The translations under genes and the position numbers were made by a program. Shown in pieces: positions 61,549 to 64,000 of a DNA stretch of 64,000 bases; position 1 is the stretch's first letter; the number at the start of each line of letters is the position of its first letter. The stretch covers positions 868,001 through 932,000 of the forward strand of contig JAUPSS010000004.1 of the NCBI GenBank assembly GCA_040285825.1. Reading direction: 5' to 3'. The notes under the pieces are model-generated. The model searched no databases and was not told the origin of the DNA. It worked only from the letters and a program-made list of their open reading frames with translations. The DNA is from Eukaryota sp. TZLM1-RC (lineage: Eukaryota > Protista > Metamonada: BaSk clade).

Positions 61549-64000
61549 TCTTGGTAAATATTGAATTTTGTGTGGGATTGAATACTAAACTGAGTTTGTC
61601 AAGACTTGAGCTATGACGACTTATTCTTTCACATTGGACACGATTACCTTGTTTATTACGAGTTTCTGTAAATTGGAATAATAAATTAGTAATTGGAGAG
61701 TGAAAAAAGGAGGATCAAATTTTAAAAATTCTTCACGCCCAGGAGCACTACCAGACTCATCTAAAACTAGTAAGTTTTGTTGCCGATAAAAGAATTTTCA
61801 GTAATTAAAAAGACTCATCCACTTTGATCATTAATCCATAAATGAATCAACTTGAGATTTTAGCTGGAAAGTTGCATCTTTGCCAATACCTTCAATATAC
61901 GTGACATCTTTGACTCTTTTCGGTCCAATTTTAGCTCGATTGAGTGCACTGTTAACAAAAATATCAGAGCCACAGTATTCAGGAGGCAGAAAACGAAAAC
62001 ATTAGAGGAAAATGAAAAAGTGGCGACAATTTGAAGTAGAAATGTTTTCGCAAAACTATCTTTTTTGATTGTAAGGTATGGAAAGTTAAAATTTGAATCA
62101 TCCACAAAGTCCAATTGTTCCACAAATTCCTCATCTTCTTTCCCCTTTCGATTGACCTTGCTGACGTCATCATTTTGACTGTGTATGGGTAACGATTGTG
62201 TAGTTTCCGATACTTGACGAGAACAAACTAGAGGAGCACAACGTTCCATAAAAGAACTATAACTAATCACTGGAATATCATCGTCAAGGTTAGGGTTAGG
62301 GTTAGGGTTGGTATCAGAAATTTGTGGATCGGAAACCATGGAGTCAAGTTGGCAATCACCATTGTCGACTTGGGAGTAACAAAAGCTACCCCCCTCTGCA
62401 ATCAAATCTTCATCACTATCATCATCAACAATGCTGACGTCATCGTGATCCCCACTTGTAACCTCACTCGTCACCGCATCCTGACACGTGTCAGGATGCG
62501 GTGATTGAACAGCTCACTACGTCGAGGTTGGGGAACAAGGCCAAATTTTGAAAATTCTTGTCGTACTTGGATAACAACATCGTGAAGTTCCTGAAGCCAA
62601 AAAAGTGACAAGAAATAGGGTAATTCTTCAATAATTTCTTGGGGATTTTCTAAATTATCAATAATATAACCCTTCTTCTTGATGAACCACAGATAAGCAT
62701 CAACCCCAGCAACTAGATCAGACCTCGATCCACCAGAAAAATTCAATAATGATTTCATACCGGCAGCTGGATTACCCATTGGTGTCTTGATTGGACACTT
62801 TCGGTCAGATATACAAGCAGCAATGATGGCGTATTCACCCAACCCCAAACAACAGCCATAAAAGGCCATTTTAGCAGCCTTAATTGATAGGGGCACTGAT
62901 AAAACAACTCTTCCCATTGAAAAAGTGTATGGGAGTTTTGGGTAAGGTCAGAATTTTCGTTGACAATAACCCCTTCCCTAATTAAAACATTATAAGCTTG
63001 CGAAACACGATTGAGATAAGGGGTGCAGGCAAGGATTGTAGTAGCTGTTCAGGCTCAATTACCCCTATATTTAAGCAACTCAATACTAAACGTGTTAGCG
63101 AAACTCTGAGCGTCATGGGTTTACTTTCTTCGAGTAGACAATTGTCATACAAAAAATTTGGGATCATTCTAACCACTACCCCAGGCCCCAACCTTTCAAC
63201 TCGACCCTCAAGTTGAGTTAATAACTGTTTCGACGCCCAGGTTTCCACTAGAATGTCGTTCCGCTCAGCTTCTTTATACCAAACTTCCTTATGAACACAC
63301 GTGTCGATTACGATATTAATGTCAGGAATTGTAAGCGAAGACTCTGCGATATTTGTTGCTAAAATAACCTTTACTCTGTTTCTTCTTCTTTTTGATTTAG
63401 GCTTTAAGGCCTTTTCATTATCTTTCGAAGACAAACTGGAGTGAAGCATGCAAACGTCAATTTTGCCAGCGATTGGTGACGTGGCAAAGGCATCTGCAAG
63501 CTCATTAATGATACCCATTCCAGGTAAAAAGATCAGAATTCCATTGACTTTATGGAAATGTCGAGAAAATAATTTTTTCTTAATTATGCCCTCTACAAAG
63601 GTAGGTAATTGCTGACGAATTTCAAAATTACATCGAACAGGGACAGAAGGGTCTGAAAAAAATTGAAATTCCGAATTATCATAGGTGAAATATCGTCCAA
63701 AAAGGGAATCATCCAAATAATACCTGAAAATTTCAAATTTACGACCAGAAACTTGTACACTTGTGTGCAATCGTGAGGGAATATTTGAATAAAACTTACC
63801 AAACTGCTCCTCAGACTCTGACCCCAACATACGGTTAGGGTTAGGGTTGAAATTTGAAACGTATTGATCTGCGTATAAATCTGCCAAATTACTTGTGGGC
63901 AAAGTGGCAGACATGAACACATTTCTTGATGGTTTTTTCGCCAATAAGAACTTACACAAAGTCAAACAAAGTTCACCATCAACGTCACGATTATGGACCT
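61549..64000 (-). pseudogene. Duplicate of the TDRD9/Spindle-E-like DExH helicase (5' part beyond the window)
   Basis: ORFs 62982-63965, 62471-62917 and 61860-62474. Confidence 0.85.

Larger units (their letters stand above)
51595..64000 (+). repeat. Unit 2 of the ~16.85-kb tandem duplication (runs off the window)
   Basis: Colinear with 34750-47153; differences are mainly 1-bp homopolymer indels. Confidence 0.95.

Overview
This is AT-rich eukaryotic nuclear DNA from a flagellated protist: it carries an intact Tectonic ciliary gene and a GTATGT...ACTAACAATAG spliceosomal intron resembling those of metamonads, and it uses the standard code. Most of the window is a transposon and gene-family graveyard. 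Host genes: three TKL-kinase/coiled-coil/Sel1-repeat paralogues plus several fragments, whose 108-nt repeats are visibly shuffled; Tectonic; an orphan Ser/Pro-rich ORF; RCC1-family pseudogene pieces; and a decayed DExH RNA helicase resembling TDRD9/Spindle-E. Mobile DNA: a decayed DD34E IS630-Tc1-mariner transposase split by two nested hAT elements, one of which appears to have a 2-bp TA target duplication rather than the usual 8 bp; two hAT MITEs with 8-bp TSDs; remnants of chromodomain Ty3/Gypsy elements in tandem; and at least five subfamilies of CRE-clade RLE non-LTR retrotransposons, one inserted next to the YMDD motif of another with a 13-bp TSD. From 51595 to the window end the sequence is a near-identical direct copy of 34750-47153 (period about 16.85 kb) differing mostly by homopolymer indels, so many frameshifts here may be sequencing errors. 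All family assignments come from motif recognition by eye; no database search was run.
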